From Camelus ferus (taxonomy: Eukaryota), in contig NC_045697.1 in NCBI RefSeq assembly GCF_009834535.1, forward strand, positions 13,766,001 through 13,830,000: a stretch of DNA of 64,000 bases, given 5' to 3'. Position 1 is the stretch's first letter; each line of letters begins with the position of its first letter. Positions 1 to 11,662 of this stretch are shown here, piece after piece. The translations under genes and the position numbers were made by a program. Below the pieces are notes generated by a model. That model was not told the origin of the DNA. It did not search any database and was given only the letters and a program-made list of their open reading frames with translations.

Positions 1-274
1 AAATATTAAAGAAATCTCCTTTAGCCTTTTTACTGTCAATGTGGGGAAGGATTAAAGAGTTACATATCTGTTTCATAACCATGTTTTTCAAGTCTCTTTG
101 ACCAGCGTTACTTTTGAGATTACAGCAGAATCTTTCTTTTTAATATCCTGCTACACTATATTTTTTTGGTGGGTGGCAGGGGGAATTTGGGTTTTTCTCC
201 AGTCAACCAAAAATACACGTGATTACCTAGGTACTATATGTTTTGTCAGTCAGTCAGTACAGGGTTATGCACAG

Positions 275-465
275 CAATGGTTCTCAAAGCACGGTACCTG
301 GAACAGCACATTAGCATCATCTAACATCAGCCAGGAAGGAGCCTGTTAAAAATATAAATGTTCAAGCCCCATCAAAGACGTAGGGAATTGAAGACTCTAG
401 GGTTGAGGCCCAGCAGTTTGCATGTTAACAAGTCTTTCAAATAAGACAATGTATGAGCACCACTG
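275..465 (+). mobile_element. MER5A-like hAT-Charlie DNA transposon (non-autonomous)
   Basis: Terminal inverted repeats caatggttctcaaa ... tgagcaccactg; internal agcatcatc / ggcccagcagtttgcatgttaacaag resemble the recalled MER5A consensus. Confidence 0.8.
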
Positions 466-474
466 CTCTATAAT

Positions 475-643
475 TTTGATTCTTAATTCTGAAGGAACAT
501 TAGAATTACCTAAGCCTCTTTTAAAACCAAATTCTGGGGCCCAGATATTCAATTTCATGTGTATCTACTGGGGCTCAAGCACCAGCAGACTTTTAAATGC
601 TCGCTGGGAAAATCTCCTGAGTAGCCACGATTTTGAATCACTT
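475..643 (+). mobile_element. MER5B-like hAT-Charlie remnant
   Basis: Degenerate match to MER5B (acattagaattaccta ... ttttaaatgctc ... gatttgaatcact), directly adjacent to MER5A. Confidence 0.55.
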
Positions 644-2119
644 GTCTGCAGTATTACTTACAGAATCTTTGCATTGAGGGCAGAATCACAAGTTGTTTTA
701 GAGTAGCAGGATCCAAGCCCAAAATAATTACTGGATTCTTCACTCCAAGGCATTAATTATGTATGTTTCATGATATGTAAACAAAACGTTCCAGATCATT
801 CACTGTTTTCTCAGCACCGAATTTCACTGTATTTTCCATTTCTTTATATTCATTACTTTAAACTTTGTGAAATTTCAAATTGAAGAGAATACCATCAAAA
901 TATGGAATTATGGTTCATTTAAATTTGTGTGTGGTTTTTGCCTGTGCTGCCCACGGGGACGCAAAGACGTCTGTCGAAGAGCAGCAAAACTTGAAAAGGC
1001 TTTCCCATACGTTTGCGTGATGCTCTGACAATACGCTCTGAGGATCTAAAAGTGGATGGTATTTACTTCACTACACTGCAAATCTTGTAACAACCTACAG
1101 TGTATATGTTACAAGTGATATGTGGAAATATGATCATTTGCAAATAGGCACATTAATCTGCAAATGGCCACATCAACCCAGAACCAGTTAAGGCTCTTCA
1201 AAACCATTAAGGCTGTTAGTTCTGTCCAGAGATAAGCAAAATAAACAAATTCTTGCTGAACTGGAATCAGTCCTGCTGCCTTTCAAAACCCTCCAAAGGG
1301 TGATGAAGCCCGAAGCTTTCACCGATGTTTTCCTTTTTTATTGTTTTGCTGACTCTGCTCTGCTCAAGTCGGGGGAATTTAACATTTGCATTACTAAGGG
1401 AACTTTTCGCTGAGACCTTCCCTCCTCTGGTTGACTTAGAAAAGATAATGATGATAATAAAAACTTATAAAATTCTTGGGATTTGGGCTTTGATAATTTG
1501 GCCTTGTGCAGAGAGATAAGCCAAATTTTAGCTGGAGGCGATTTAGACTAAAACAAACTCAGAATAAAAGTACCTAAATTATTCAAACAAATGAAATAGT
1601 TAACTCTGTCTTTCAGTAAGCTTTATTTTACAGCTTTAAGCGTGTCTGAGAGACTTGGCCCACCCTAAAATAAAAGTTACAAGTAATAAGAACCTCTGAC
1701 TTTGCTTTGAATTGAATGATTCATGCAGTGGTGGTGGGAGGAGGGGGAAAAATTCCACAAGGTGGGGCTGATGTCTGTATTTCCTTTTATAGCTTGCTAA
1801 ATTTTGGTCTTTTTGATTTGTTTTAAAGAAACAAACATGTAAAAGGAATATGTTGCAGATTAACAAGTGATTTCAAATGAGTTTACAAGCTAAAGGGAGA
1901 ATGTGTATTTCATAAGTTTAAAGAATTTAATCTGATACAGCATATAAAGCCCCCCTAGTAATTCTTCATGACACTTACTTGTTTGATTCTACAGACCTAC
2001 CCTGTGGATTTCCAAATTCCTTGAAATGTTTAGGGCCATGGATTACATGGATCTTTTTCATGGAACTGGACCAAGTCAGTTCTCTACCATCACTACCCTG
2101 TCCCTACAGCAGGAAAGAC

Positions 2120-2143
2120 AAAAAAAAAAAAAAAAAAAAAAAA
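2120..2143 (+). repeat. poly(A) run, 24 nt
   Basis: Directly visible; no flanking TSD or attached element recognised. Confidence 0.95.
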
Positions 2144-3370
2144 CTGAACTGAGTAGAAACTTTATGCAAACTTAAACGCATTCATTATACTAAAGCAAAA
2201 TAATTACTTTGTAACAGTGCAGAAAGAATATTTTATCCATGCAGCTAAGTAATATTCCAAATGAATAACTCACTGAAACGACACCATAAAATGACCCCAA
2301 AGGTAAAAAGCCATTTCCAAATGTTAATGCAGAGTTATGTGGCTCCACCTATGGCATCCTGAAGGTCAAGGCAGTTAGAGAAGAGAATGTGCAATAGCTT
2401 TCAGGAATAAATGAAGGCATGTAGCCTGATCTTCTACCCTATGGGCTGGAAGTTAAGCCCATAAATCTCCCACAGGATACAAGAAAAAGAAGTAGCCTTT
2501 CTATTAAGAGGCAAAGGGAGAGAGTTGTCTCTCAGAACCCAGAAGCTCCGTGAAGGTGCCCTTTGGAGCCAGAGTGGGGCTAATTAGGCTATTTACATGA
2601 AACCCATGATGGAGCGTGATATTTAATCACATCATTTTGACAAATAATTAGAAGATAAATCACTCAAATGACAGTGCTACTGTATCTTAAAAATACAGTG
2701 CAAATACTGTTGACAGCATTTACAATTGCACCTATTCATTTAATTTTTCATTTAACAGAAAAGAAAGCAGAAGGCAGATTTGTGCACCAGCCAATCTAGC
2801 CTTCAAAAGCTGGCAAGGGTTGAGCTTGGGCACACACCAATCTTGCATGAAATAGGACTCTGCTTCTCATTTATAGTGAACATTGAAAAGTTATAAAATA
2901 TAATATGTGGTTTGGGGTCTTTTCTTGTTAACTGATGGTAAATACTAGCCTTTGGGTTATGTGGGAAATAGCAGTACATGTTTATGGTCTTCAAAGGGCT
3001 GCCCAGAAATTGCTGCAGTGGCAGTCTCTTAAGATTTTTCAACCCCTTCCAAGTTGTTTAAATGTTTAGAACAAACCTCTTTATGAATGCTCTTATTCCA
3101 GAACATTTGTCTTTGAATGAAAGCAAAATGAAAATGCTGGGAAAATGATTTAAGTACATATATGCTATCCTTGAATGTCCTGTCCATCAGCATTTATAAA
3201 AAAAATTAGAAGAATCAGGAATTTTAATTTTTAATTAAAAGCTAAGGAATTTAAATTTATGGTTTATGATACACCTGTGCTTTCATAGCGGCAAGGTCAT
3301 TTCATATTTCACTTCAAGCCAAAATTAGACCAGATCTAGTCTTTACTTTTTGCTGTCAAATAAATCCATA

Positions 3371-3393
3371 TGTGTGTGTGTGTGTGTGTGTGT
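3371..3393. repeat. (TG)n microsatellite
   Basis: About 11 perfect units, visible directly. Confidence 0.95.
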
Positions 3394-3929
3394 ATACATG
3401 AATTTGTGAGTGCCTGTCAACAAGTTTATTTCTTAAAATTGGTTTTGTACGGAGCCAAGTGATAGGATAGGTGTGTGAAACAGCACGCAATTTGATCTGA
3501 CTGTTGAAAGAAGTCTTGAAGGATGGCTCTATGTTATTAAAGAAGCAAGAAACTCATCAAGCAGTCTTCATGGCTCTACTGGTTATAACTTAAAATAGTT
3601 TAGGGAAGGATCAAATTATACAACTTTTTCTTACTGATTACAGTTTATACTGAGGAGATCTGGGATCCTGGGCTCATTTCTTTAATACGTACCCCTTGAG
3701 ATACTGCTCTCCTCAAGAGTAGTTTTTTCCCAAGACTTTAACAAGTTAACTATGAACCATGTTACATTATGTTTGCCCAAGAAATTTAATGATTTCTTCA
3801 CATAGCCTTACACCTCAAAGGATTATAAATACTCAAATGATTAAACTGAAAACTTATTTTTCCTGATATGATTAAAGTAGCATGATTTCTTTAAGGATTC
3901 TGAATGTAAGTGATAAAGCTGAAAGTGGA

Positions 3930-4035
3930 AATGGAAACTGAGTCTTAGAAAGATTGGGTAGCTTGCCCAGGGGACACAGTACGTGGCAAAAGAATTTCCT
4001 GAACATGGATTTGAATTCTCAGCTTTCATTCCGTG
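3930..4035 (-). mobile_element. MIR SINE fragment
   Basis: MIR core ggaaactgagtcttagaaagattgggtagcttgcccagggacacag ... ggatttgaattc. Confidence 0.65.
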
Positions 4036-4390
4036 TACTATGTAGATTCCGGGATTGGAAAAGTCCAGGACTCACTTCAAGGGCCTTATGTAATCACTGG
4101 AACACTCTTGAGATCCGGTTTTTGTGCAGCCTAACGTCTCTGTAAACATCTCTCCAGACTTTTAAATGTATTTTCACACCAAATATCACCCTAGTTCCAA
4201 AGCCCGCTATGGAAGATTGAACCGCCATTCTAGGACAGATCAGAACAAGAGCAGACACAACATTGTGAAGGCTGAATGAGAGCTGAGAATTCAACATGTC
4301 ATTTACAGACGCTAGTGAGCAGAACAACTAGCAAGCAGAACAGAGGGGAGAGAGTAAGAGTCCTGTTCCTCAAAAAAAAGGACTTCAAAA

Positions 4391-4414
4391 GTGTGTGTGT
4401 GTGTGTGTGTGTGT
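4391..4414. repeat. (GT)12 microsatellite
   Basis: Directly visible. Confidence 0.95.
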
Positions 4415-5224
4415 AAGTCAAGGACTATTTTAGCTCAAAAAAAAAAAAGAGAGAGTTCTGGGTTCTGGCACCTAAGCAGGGATTAAACAGGAAGTAGGCT
4501 GATTATGGTTCATTTCTGTTTCTCAGGCACATACAACTGTCGTGGCCCCACTGCACAAAGATGGCTACTTAGAATTCTTAAATCAATTTTAAATTGACTG
4601 CTATGTTTGGATCAGGGAAAAAAAGAGAAAAAAAAAAGGTAATGTCAGTGAGTCATCAAACTTTTTATCCAAGTTTTAACATGTCTCTGCACCTGTCTGT
4701 CCACATAGAATCATGTTACAGATCGGTGTCCTTGGTGTCCACACCACAGGGTGAAGAGTGACTAAAGATCTGGTCACTTTTTATTCAATTCCTAATAAAT
4801 TCTAGGACTCCTGAATTGTACTTTCTTTTTTACAATAATAGTAAGCTAGATAGAAGGAAGGCTGATTGGTTGAGGAACGCTCCAGTAACAAATGTTGCCT
4901 AAAATCCTCCAGCACAGACTTGGCCTAACTGCTCCAAGTATTTCCAGTAAAATACAAGACTTTTAGACTGAGAAACTTTCCTTGTCGAAGAGTCTCTGCT
5001 AAGTGACACTATCAGAGTGGGATGGAGTTAGACATCCTGTTCCACCATGACATCAACCATCAGTACTGGGAATGGCAGCCAGTGGTGGAAGCTGGGATGA
5101 GAACTACTGAGTCAATGAGAGGCATGGTGGTGGGGAAGGTGGGCAGGAGGAGGGAAAACTGAGGCAGGTGGACTATGACTGAAGTGGAAAAATGCTTCAT
5201 TTAAGCATTTTGCTGTACATCAGA

Positions 5225-5460
5225 AATTGATAAAACATAGTAAACTGAATATTCTTTAATAAAAATATGTATTAAAATAAAAAATAAATAAGTAACGTAT
5301 TAATTAGTATTGAGGAAAAAATTTAAAAATAAAAAGGACACCATCACAATCCACAGACTGGGGGAAAAAATCTATAAATTACATATCTTACAAAAGACTT
5401 GTACTAAAATATGTAGAAAACTCTTTAGACACATAGTTACAAAAAGAAAAAAAAAAAGAC
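5225..5460 (+). mobile_element. Old L1M ORF2 3' fragment
   Basis: aaaggacaccat ... ccacagactgggggaaaa ... acatatc ... caaaagacttgtactaaaatatgtagaaaactc matches the conserved L1 ORF2 C-terminal region. Confidence 0.65.
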
Positions 5461-5467
5461 TTCATTT

Positions 5468-5521
5468 AAAAGAAGAGGTCCCAAAAAAAAAAATTTAAAA
5501 AAAAATAAAAGAAGAGGTCCC
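5468..5521 (+). mobile_element. Poly(A)-only retrotransposon insertion (24 nt) with perfect 15-bp TSD
   Basis: aaaagaagaggtccc at 5468-5482 and 5507-5521 flanks an A-rich insert; the site is preceded by ttt, giving the L1 endonuclease TT/AAAA site. Confidence 0.75.
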
Positions 5522-5899
5522 AAAGATAAATGTTAGTGTGCCTTATTTTCTTGCTTAAGGCTAATAGGAACAGAGAACCTGAATTTTAGAAATGACCTAT
5601 TGGCGTTGAGTACATTTCTCAACGGAGAGCAAGAATTTCTTCTTCAACAGACCAAGCAGAGGTTTCTGATACTTCATGTGACAAGGCGATTTGAAACCAC
5701 TGAGGCTGTTGTCTTTCTTTCTCTCCTCTCTCTGTCTCTTTCTTTCTTCTCTCTCAGTCTCTTTTATCTTTGAGTAGCTCTAATTCTACTAAATCCCATT
5801 TTGACTCTAGTTAACACCAGCCAGACTCGCAAGAGCTCAGCCCAAGTGCCAGCTGCCCCGTTGATCTGACAGAGAAATCTCTCCCCAATTTTCCCATCA

Positions 5900-6060
5900 C
5901 ATCTTGGATAAATGCTTATTTCTCTCTCACAAAAGACAGTGAGCTCCATTAGGGCAGAAACATACCTTCCCTAAGTTTTTGTTTGTTTGTTTAACTTTCT
6001 AAGACTCAGTAGAGAGCCTTGTGCACAAATGGAATTCAATGAAGATTTCCCAAATCATGA
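5900..6060 (+). mobile_element. L2 3' end fragment
   Basis: gtgagctccattagggcagaaac ... gagagccttgtgcacaaatggaattcaatgaa resembles the L2 3' terminus. Confidence 0.55.
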
Positions 6061-6216
6061 GTTAAAATCTGCCGGTTACCGCCAATCATTGTGGCTTATG
6101 ATTCCCTCAGGAAATACTCAGAATTAGTCTAGTCCCCTTACAACAGGATTGTTCCTCCGTTGTTACCTCCCCTTGCCTAAATTTTTTTTCCCTTGGTATA
6201 ATCAATTCCTTAAGCC

Positions 6217-6398
6217 AGAGGTTCTCAAATTTAGTGTATGTCAGAATCACATGGGAGACTTTTTAAACCGCCCATTGCAGGTCCTACCTTAGGAGCTGCG
6301 ATTGAGTGTGTCGGGGGTGGGGCCCGAGAATGTGCATCCCCAACCGGTTGCCCAGTGTTGATGATGCTGCTGGTCCAGGTCCAGGGTCACACGTTGAC
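6217..6398 (-). mobile_element. MER5A DNA transposon with right TIR lost
   Basis: cagaggttctcaaatttagtgtatgtcagaatcac ... ggggtggggcccgagaatgtgcat ... tgatgctgctggtcc matches reverse-oriented MER5A. Confidence 0.8.
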
Positions 6399-6779
6399 TT
6401 TCAAACATTCAAACATCAGCACTTTCAAACATTCTTCATCTGGCTGGATTCAAGGTCCCTTTATTCTCCTGCCTACCCTCTTTCTAGAATACCTTCTCCT
6501 AATTAACCAGAACTGAATGTAAAACTGGGAATAGAAATTGTCTAAAACTACTTTTGGAGAAACAATGCCCTAGACCTTGGTTTATTTTTTTGTATGTGTT
6601 TTGTACATGAACTTCCATTAAGCTAAATAACTTTAATACTTAATAACCTGATTCAATAAACTATTCCCAAGTTTTGTTGAAGCCAGTGTTGAATTTACTC
6701 GTCACTGAGATTTAGCACTGACCTATTTCCATTCTATAGTGTTCATAATACAGTAACTTACAACAACATTCAAAGACAG

Positions 6780-6895
6780 TTGTACTCAATATTTATTCAA
6801 AATAATACTTGTTGAATATCTTCTATTTATCGTACCAGGCTTTGGAGATTCAAGTGAAAAAGAAGTAATCCCTCTCCTAAAGAAGCTTACATTTT
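6780..6895 (-). mobile_element. L2 3' end fragment
   Basis: tttattcaaaataatacttgttgaatatcttcta ... ggagattcaagtgaaaaaga ... ctaaagaagcttacatt. Confidence 0.55.
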
Positions 6896-8221
6896 CCTTG
6901 TTTTCCATTTCAAACTATAAAAGAATTCAAAAAAATGCGATATTACTTGAATTTAGTGCTTGCCATAGTTTTAGATTTTTATTTTTGGAACAGGACAGCT
7001 TTGATTTCTGACTTTCCATGTTATAGTCCTTGCTTTATAAATAAACAGCAAGGTGATAAACTGTTCATAACAAACCTGGTCACCTGCATTATTCTTTTTG
7101 GAGCTCTACTTAGTGATGGAATGGGACTGAATAATAAATCAAACATAAATCTATACAGAAAATGCTTAAAATAAATTCCACTTCCTCTCAATAATCTATC
7201 TGGAGAAAGTATTTGTTAGAAAGGGAGAGTATAAATTTCCTCAGATACTTTGAAAATAAACGAAAAATAGTACTCAAAAGTTGAGGATGGAAGTGTATCC
7301 TTTACTTGCTACGTAGTTTTTTCATGTACACAACCATGTTATGTCATTCAGAAAGTACATTGATCATGATGAGGAGTTCACAGTCTTTTTTACATTGTCA
7401 TGAATTGCTTTTATTAAATTATGCTGTCCACGTTTCCAATGTGGATAGGACTTGATACCTTACAAATAATTAATTTATAGAGAATTATAAAATTGAGAAG
7501 AAGTATATGATGCTTGAATGAACAAAAGAATACATGGCTTAAATCATAATGTCAAAGACATGGACATTACTGTTAAAATTTCAGGACCTTTCTAATTGTG
7601 TTTACTCTTCAATCAGTGAGTAAAAGCTGAAATACAAGCAAAGTTTTATGTAGACTGAAATATCTGTGCTGGAAAATACCTAAACAGCAAACAGGTCCCC
7701 TAAAGAAAAAGTTCTCTTAAAAAAGTCTTTTTTGAAAGAAAACAAAAAGTTATGTATGCCCTTTGATCGTATGTTAAAACAGCTCTGTGGGATGCTGACT
7801 TTATGCTTGGAGAAATACAGTGTGTTGTAAGTTTCTGTTTCCAGTTCCTGACCTTCATGACTGCTAGTTTTCTCTCTAAGAACAACCTGGACTGAAAAAC
7901 AGAAGACTGAGAGGACACCCTGAGCGCTTAGTGGCTGTTGGGAATTGGTGAGGGGAGAGGAGCTACCCTGTGGTCTGGGGCACAAGGCAACAGGCTAGAT
8001 GTGAAGAATGAAAAAGGAAAGGACTTGGAATTCTGCTCCTGCTCCTGCCCTCCCTAGTCTAGGTCAGAGTAGCCCACACCTGGGCCACTGGTGAGAGCAC
8101 GTCCTGAATCAAGAGTTATGTTTTATGTCATTCTGTGCTGCTGAGGGCTGAAGGAAAATAAATTACTATAAATAGGGGAGGGGGAGATGGAAAATGTTTA
8201 CTTGGGAGCAAGAAACAAGAT

Positions 8222-8470
8222 CAGAAGTCACAAACTCAAACGCCTATGGGGTCTGGGAACTAATATTAGTGAAAAAAATATACTCGTCAGGGATAAGAGG
8301 AGAGGTGAGTGGTGGTGGTAAACCACCCCTTCTAGGCAGGCAGTGGCCACTCAGCCTCAACACACGGCTGCCATGTTGGGAGCCCAGGAATGCCAGATCT
8401 TCAGAGTCCAACGGAAACCAGAAATTTGATTTTTATTAGAAATTTACCCATGTTTTGATGTTGCTTCACT
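8222..8470 (+). mobile_element. MER102-like hAT-Charlie remnant
   Basis: cagaagtcacaaactcaaacgcctatgggg start and gccagatcttcaga ... ccagaaatttgattttt resemble MER102. Confidence 0.6.
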
Positions 8471-8900
8471 TTTTAACTCAGTGCAAGACAAATAGAACAC
8501 ATCTGTGAGCATTTCCAGCCTGTCTTGTCTGTCTACAGTCCATTCTCCACATAGCAGACAAATCAGATTTCTTAAAATTCTCCAATGTCTTCCCATTTCA
8601 CCTGGAATAGTTAAATCTGATTTCATGGCCCATGTGATCTGTCTCATGTCTACATTTCCAAACTCATCTTCTCTGTGCCAAGATACTTTCTGACTCAGGG
8701 TCTTAACATTTGCTATTCCTTCTGCCGGAAATGCGATTACATCAGCTCTTCACAGAGAGCCTCACCTTTGTGAACTCTGTTCACTTGTTCTTCCCTCAGA
8801 CCACCTTTCTAATACAGATTTCCTTCCCTACCCCTACTAGTCACTCTCTAGCTCCTTCTTGGTTTTATTTCCTTCCAGAATGTATGACTACCTCGAATTA

Positions 8901-8903
<3 letters not shown>

Positions 8904-8943
<40 letters not shown>
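8904..8943. repeat. (GT)20 microsatellite followed by (TA)n
   Basis: Directly visible; explains the CVCVCV run in ORF 8710..9048. Confidence 0.95.
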
Positions 8944-8952
<9 letters not shown>

Positions 8953-9057
8953 ATTTTTAATATATACATATTTTCTACTTTATTATTGTTCCTGGAATAT
9001 ATACTCTATGAAAGTAGACTTTCACTCACTGCTGTATGGTCAGCATGATTTGTGGCA

Positions 9058-9594
9058 TATAGTGGGCCTGCTGGATATTTCGCTTTTTTTTTCCCTCAGC
9101 TCCAAACCCACCCTTCTAAAATCTGCTCTGTGAGACTGGAACTTGACAAATATACTTCTCTGTTGTCAACTGAATTCCTGTTAGGTGTTGCTAATCAGGA
9201 GCCCTTGAGAGATACTGGAAGAAAGAAAGATGGAGAGCAGACTTGCTCCTTCCTGCCTTCCTGCTGCTCTGTTGGTGGCACTTCATTCTGGTTTCCAGCT
9301 TTTTCCCACAGTCTTACAGCCAGCTTCCTAGAACCTCACTGGAGACACCAGCACCTGCCAAGCAGCAGCCTTGAACAGAGGAAGGCCGGCCCCTCTGAGA
9401 GTGGGCCCAGCTCCTGAGGCTGCATCCCCGCCCAGCAGCACCTCTTCTCAGAAATCTTGGTCCCCATCCATGGGGCAGCCCTCCGAACTTTTTGCTTTGA
9501 ACAACTCAAGTCTCTTTCCTTCGATCTCCCAACCCAAATCTCTCTACAAAATCTTCTCTTAGCCAGTGTGACTTTTGCTTTCCTGACTGAAACA
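9058..9594 (+). mobile_element. LTR33-like solo LTR (ERVL class)
   Basis: cagctccaaacccacccttc ... ctgctctgtg ... cctgttagg ... gacttgctccttcctg ... tgctttcctgactgaaaca resembles recalled LTR33; it splits the L2 tail. Confidence 0.7.
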
Positions 9595-10499
9595 GAAAGT
9601 ACTTAATCAATATTTAACATTTATGAATGAATGAATGAATGTGGTTGGCAGACATCCAGTTTGTAAATGTGCCCTGAAGATTCTCCTTACAAATTTCCAT
9701 GACAGTGAATCATCCCGAAGCAAACACAACCACACTACCGGGTTTGGGTTCCCTTTGCATCCCTCGACATCGGCCAGATGCCCTATGCTCCGTCTGTGTG
9801 CGTTGTGCCTCCAGGCTCAGATTACAATCTTTAGAGACCCTTAGACACTGAGAAGATTATGGTGTTTTGAATGGGAAATTTAGAACAAAATAAAATATCT
9901 ATACAGAGGAAAACAGAGATACAGGCATAGTTATTGGTAATATAAACGTTAAGACTAGCGATGGTCTTGTTTTTTTTTCACATGGACTACTTCATTGCAG
10001 TTGTTTATTCTTTTAATATCCAATTCCTTCCAGAAAAATGTCTTCCCACCTCATTTTTTGATGTCCCTCCTTTCCTGATGTCCTAATCACACATTCTATC
10101 TGTCGCATCACCCAGAACTCTGTTTATTAACACTCTTAAAACAACTATGTGAAGAAAATGTTCAAGGACATAAACTTCTAGAACAACTCATGTACACACT
10201 GGGCTCTTCTTTCATTTCTTGACCCTCTAGAGAGCCCCCACTCATCCTCAGATCGGCTCCTCTGTGATTTCCTGAAGCTCTCACAGTTGTTGAGTGTTCA
10301 TTATTAGCTAATGCCCATACCAGAAACCTTATATATATATGGAGAGAGTCTCATTTTAGCCTCACAAACCTACTATAAATTAAAAATCACCTTTACTTAT
10401 GCTCTGACAGACTCGATAGAGTACTGAGTAACCCCCCCCTTACTTCATAAAACATGATTGTGTCTCTCTTAACATTTTTAAGAGCATAAAATGGGCCAA

Positions 10500-10690
10500 G
10501 AATTTGTCAAGTTGCTTGGCATATATTAACCTATTTAATTATTAAAGCAGTATTTTTATCCTAATTTTATAGATGAGAAGACTGATGAAAAAATATCTCA
10601 CCCAAGTTCACCCAAAGAATATATGGCAGAAACGGGATTTGAAAGCCAGCAGTCTGGGTCCTCTTTTAATCATTTATACTTGTTGATCTA
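10500..10690 (-). mobile_element. MIR SINE
   Basis: atcctaattttatagatgagaagactga ... cccaagttcac ... tggcagaaacgggatttgaaagccagcagtctgg. Confidence 0.75.
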
Positions 10691-10949
10691 GACAATGAAA
10701 TGTAAATCACTTTATTAAATTTGCCAGATCTTAAATGGGTTAACGCTTTGTGGATAACTGTTTAAATAAAGCCTGCATTCCTGTGTTTAGCCCTTCACAG
10801 AGTCTCTGTAATCATGGTCCACAAAATGTTTAAATATGAGCCCCCCTTTCAGGGTCAGTGAGAGTGGTGCTACTTTTAACACCTCGTCATTGGCAACACA
10901 CGTGGCAGAGAGCTATGATTATCAAGCCAGCACCTAACAGGTCTCACTG

Positions 10950-11430
10950 GGAATTCTTTAATATCTTCCTATTGTCCATAAGACAAAATCTAAAATTCTC
11001 CACTTGGCCTTGCCTGCTCAGCCCCAGCCTTCCTCTCCAGGCTTGGTCTTGACCACTTTTGCCCAGTGATTATGGTCTAACCACACGAGTCTTCTTTCCG
11101 TTCCTCCAGCAACGTCAGAGTCTTCACATGCAAGCACTCTGTCTCTACCCAGAATGCTCCCCACTCCCGGCTTGTATGTAAATAGTAACGTCCCACTTGC
11201 GCTCTACATCTCCAATGTCTCTTCATTCAAGGAGTCTTCCTTAATCTTCCAGTCTTGGCCGGGTCCCGCTGTGAAACATCTTAGTAGTTCCCCTAACTTC
11301 TCCTTCAGAGCACATATTACTGCTTTACACAATTCTATGTGTATGGGCATCTACGTCCCACAGAGACATGAGCATCTTCTAAGAGCACAGACCATGTCTG
11401 TTTCATTCACGCCTGTATACCCAGCATCTT
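10950..11430 (+). mobile_element. L2 3' region
   Basis: taagacaaaatctaaaattctc ... tctttccgttcctcc ... tctctacccagaatgctc ... accatgtctgtttcattcacgcctgtatacccagca. Confidence 0.75.
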
Positions 11431-11551
11431 AAAGCGGGAAGAGAGTTTTGTATTCCCAAGATAGAAACGGCTCTTTCAATCTTTACCTGAGAAAATGGAC
11501 AAAAGTTCTATTGTCTCTTGAATTTTTGAAACAATGGCTAATATGAATAGC

Positions 11552-11662
11552 AATGATAGTAGCTAACGTTTAACGAGCAGTTTCTATTTTCCAGGAACTA
11601 TTTTAAGGGTTTCAAAGTTTGGAACTCCATTTATCTTCACAATGCTGTGAGTTTGGTACTGA
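11552..11662 (-). mobile_element. MIR 3' fragment
   Basis: tagtagctaacgtttaacgagcagtttctattttccaggaactattttaaggg ... tcttcacaatgctgtgag. Confidence 0.6.

Larger units (their letters stand above)
8510..9640 (+). mobile_element. L2 3' region interrupted by (GT)n and an LTR33-like element
   Basis: cagtccattctccacatagcag ... tttgctattccttctgcc ... tgtggcatatag [LTR] gtacttaatcaatatt ... (tgaa)n tail. Confidence 0.75.

Noticed and set aside
2120..2143. A24 run as the tail of a retrocopy
   Set aside because: No TSD, no poly-A signal and no recognisable upstream element.
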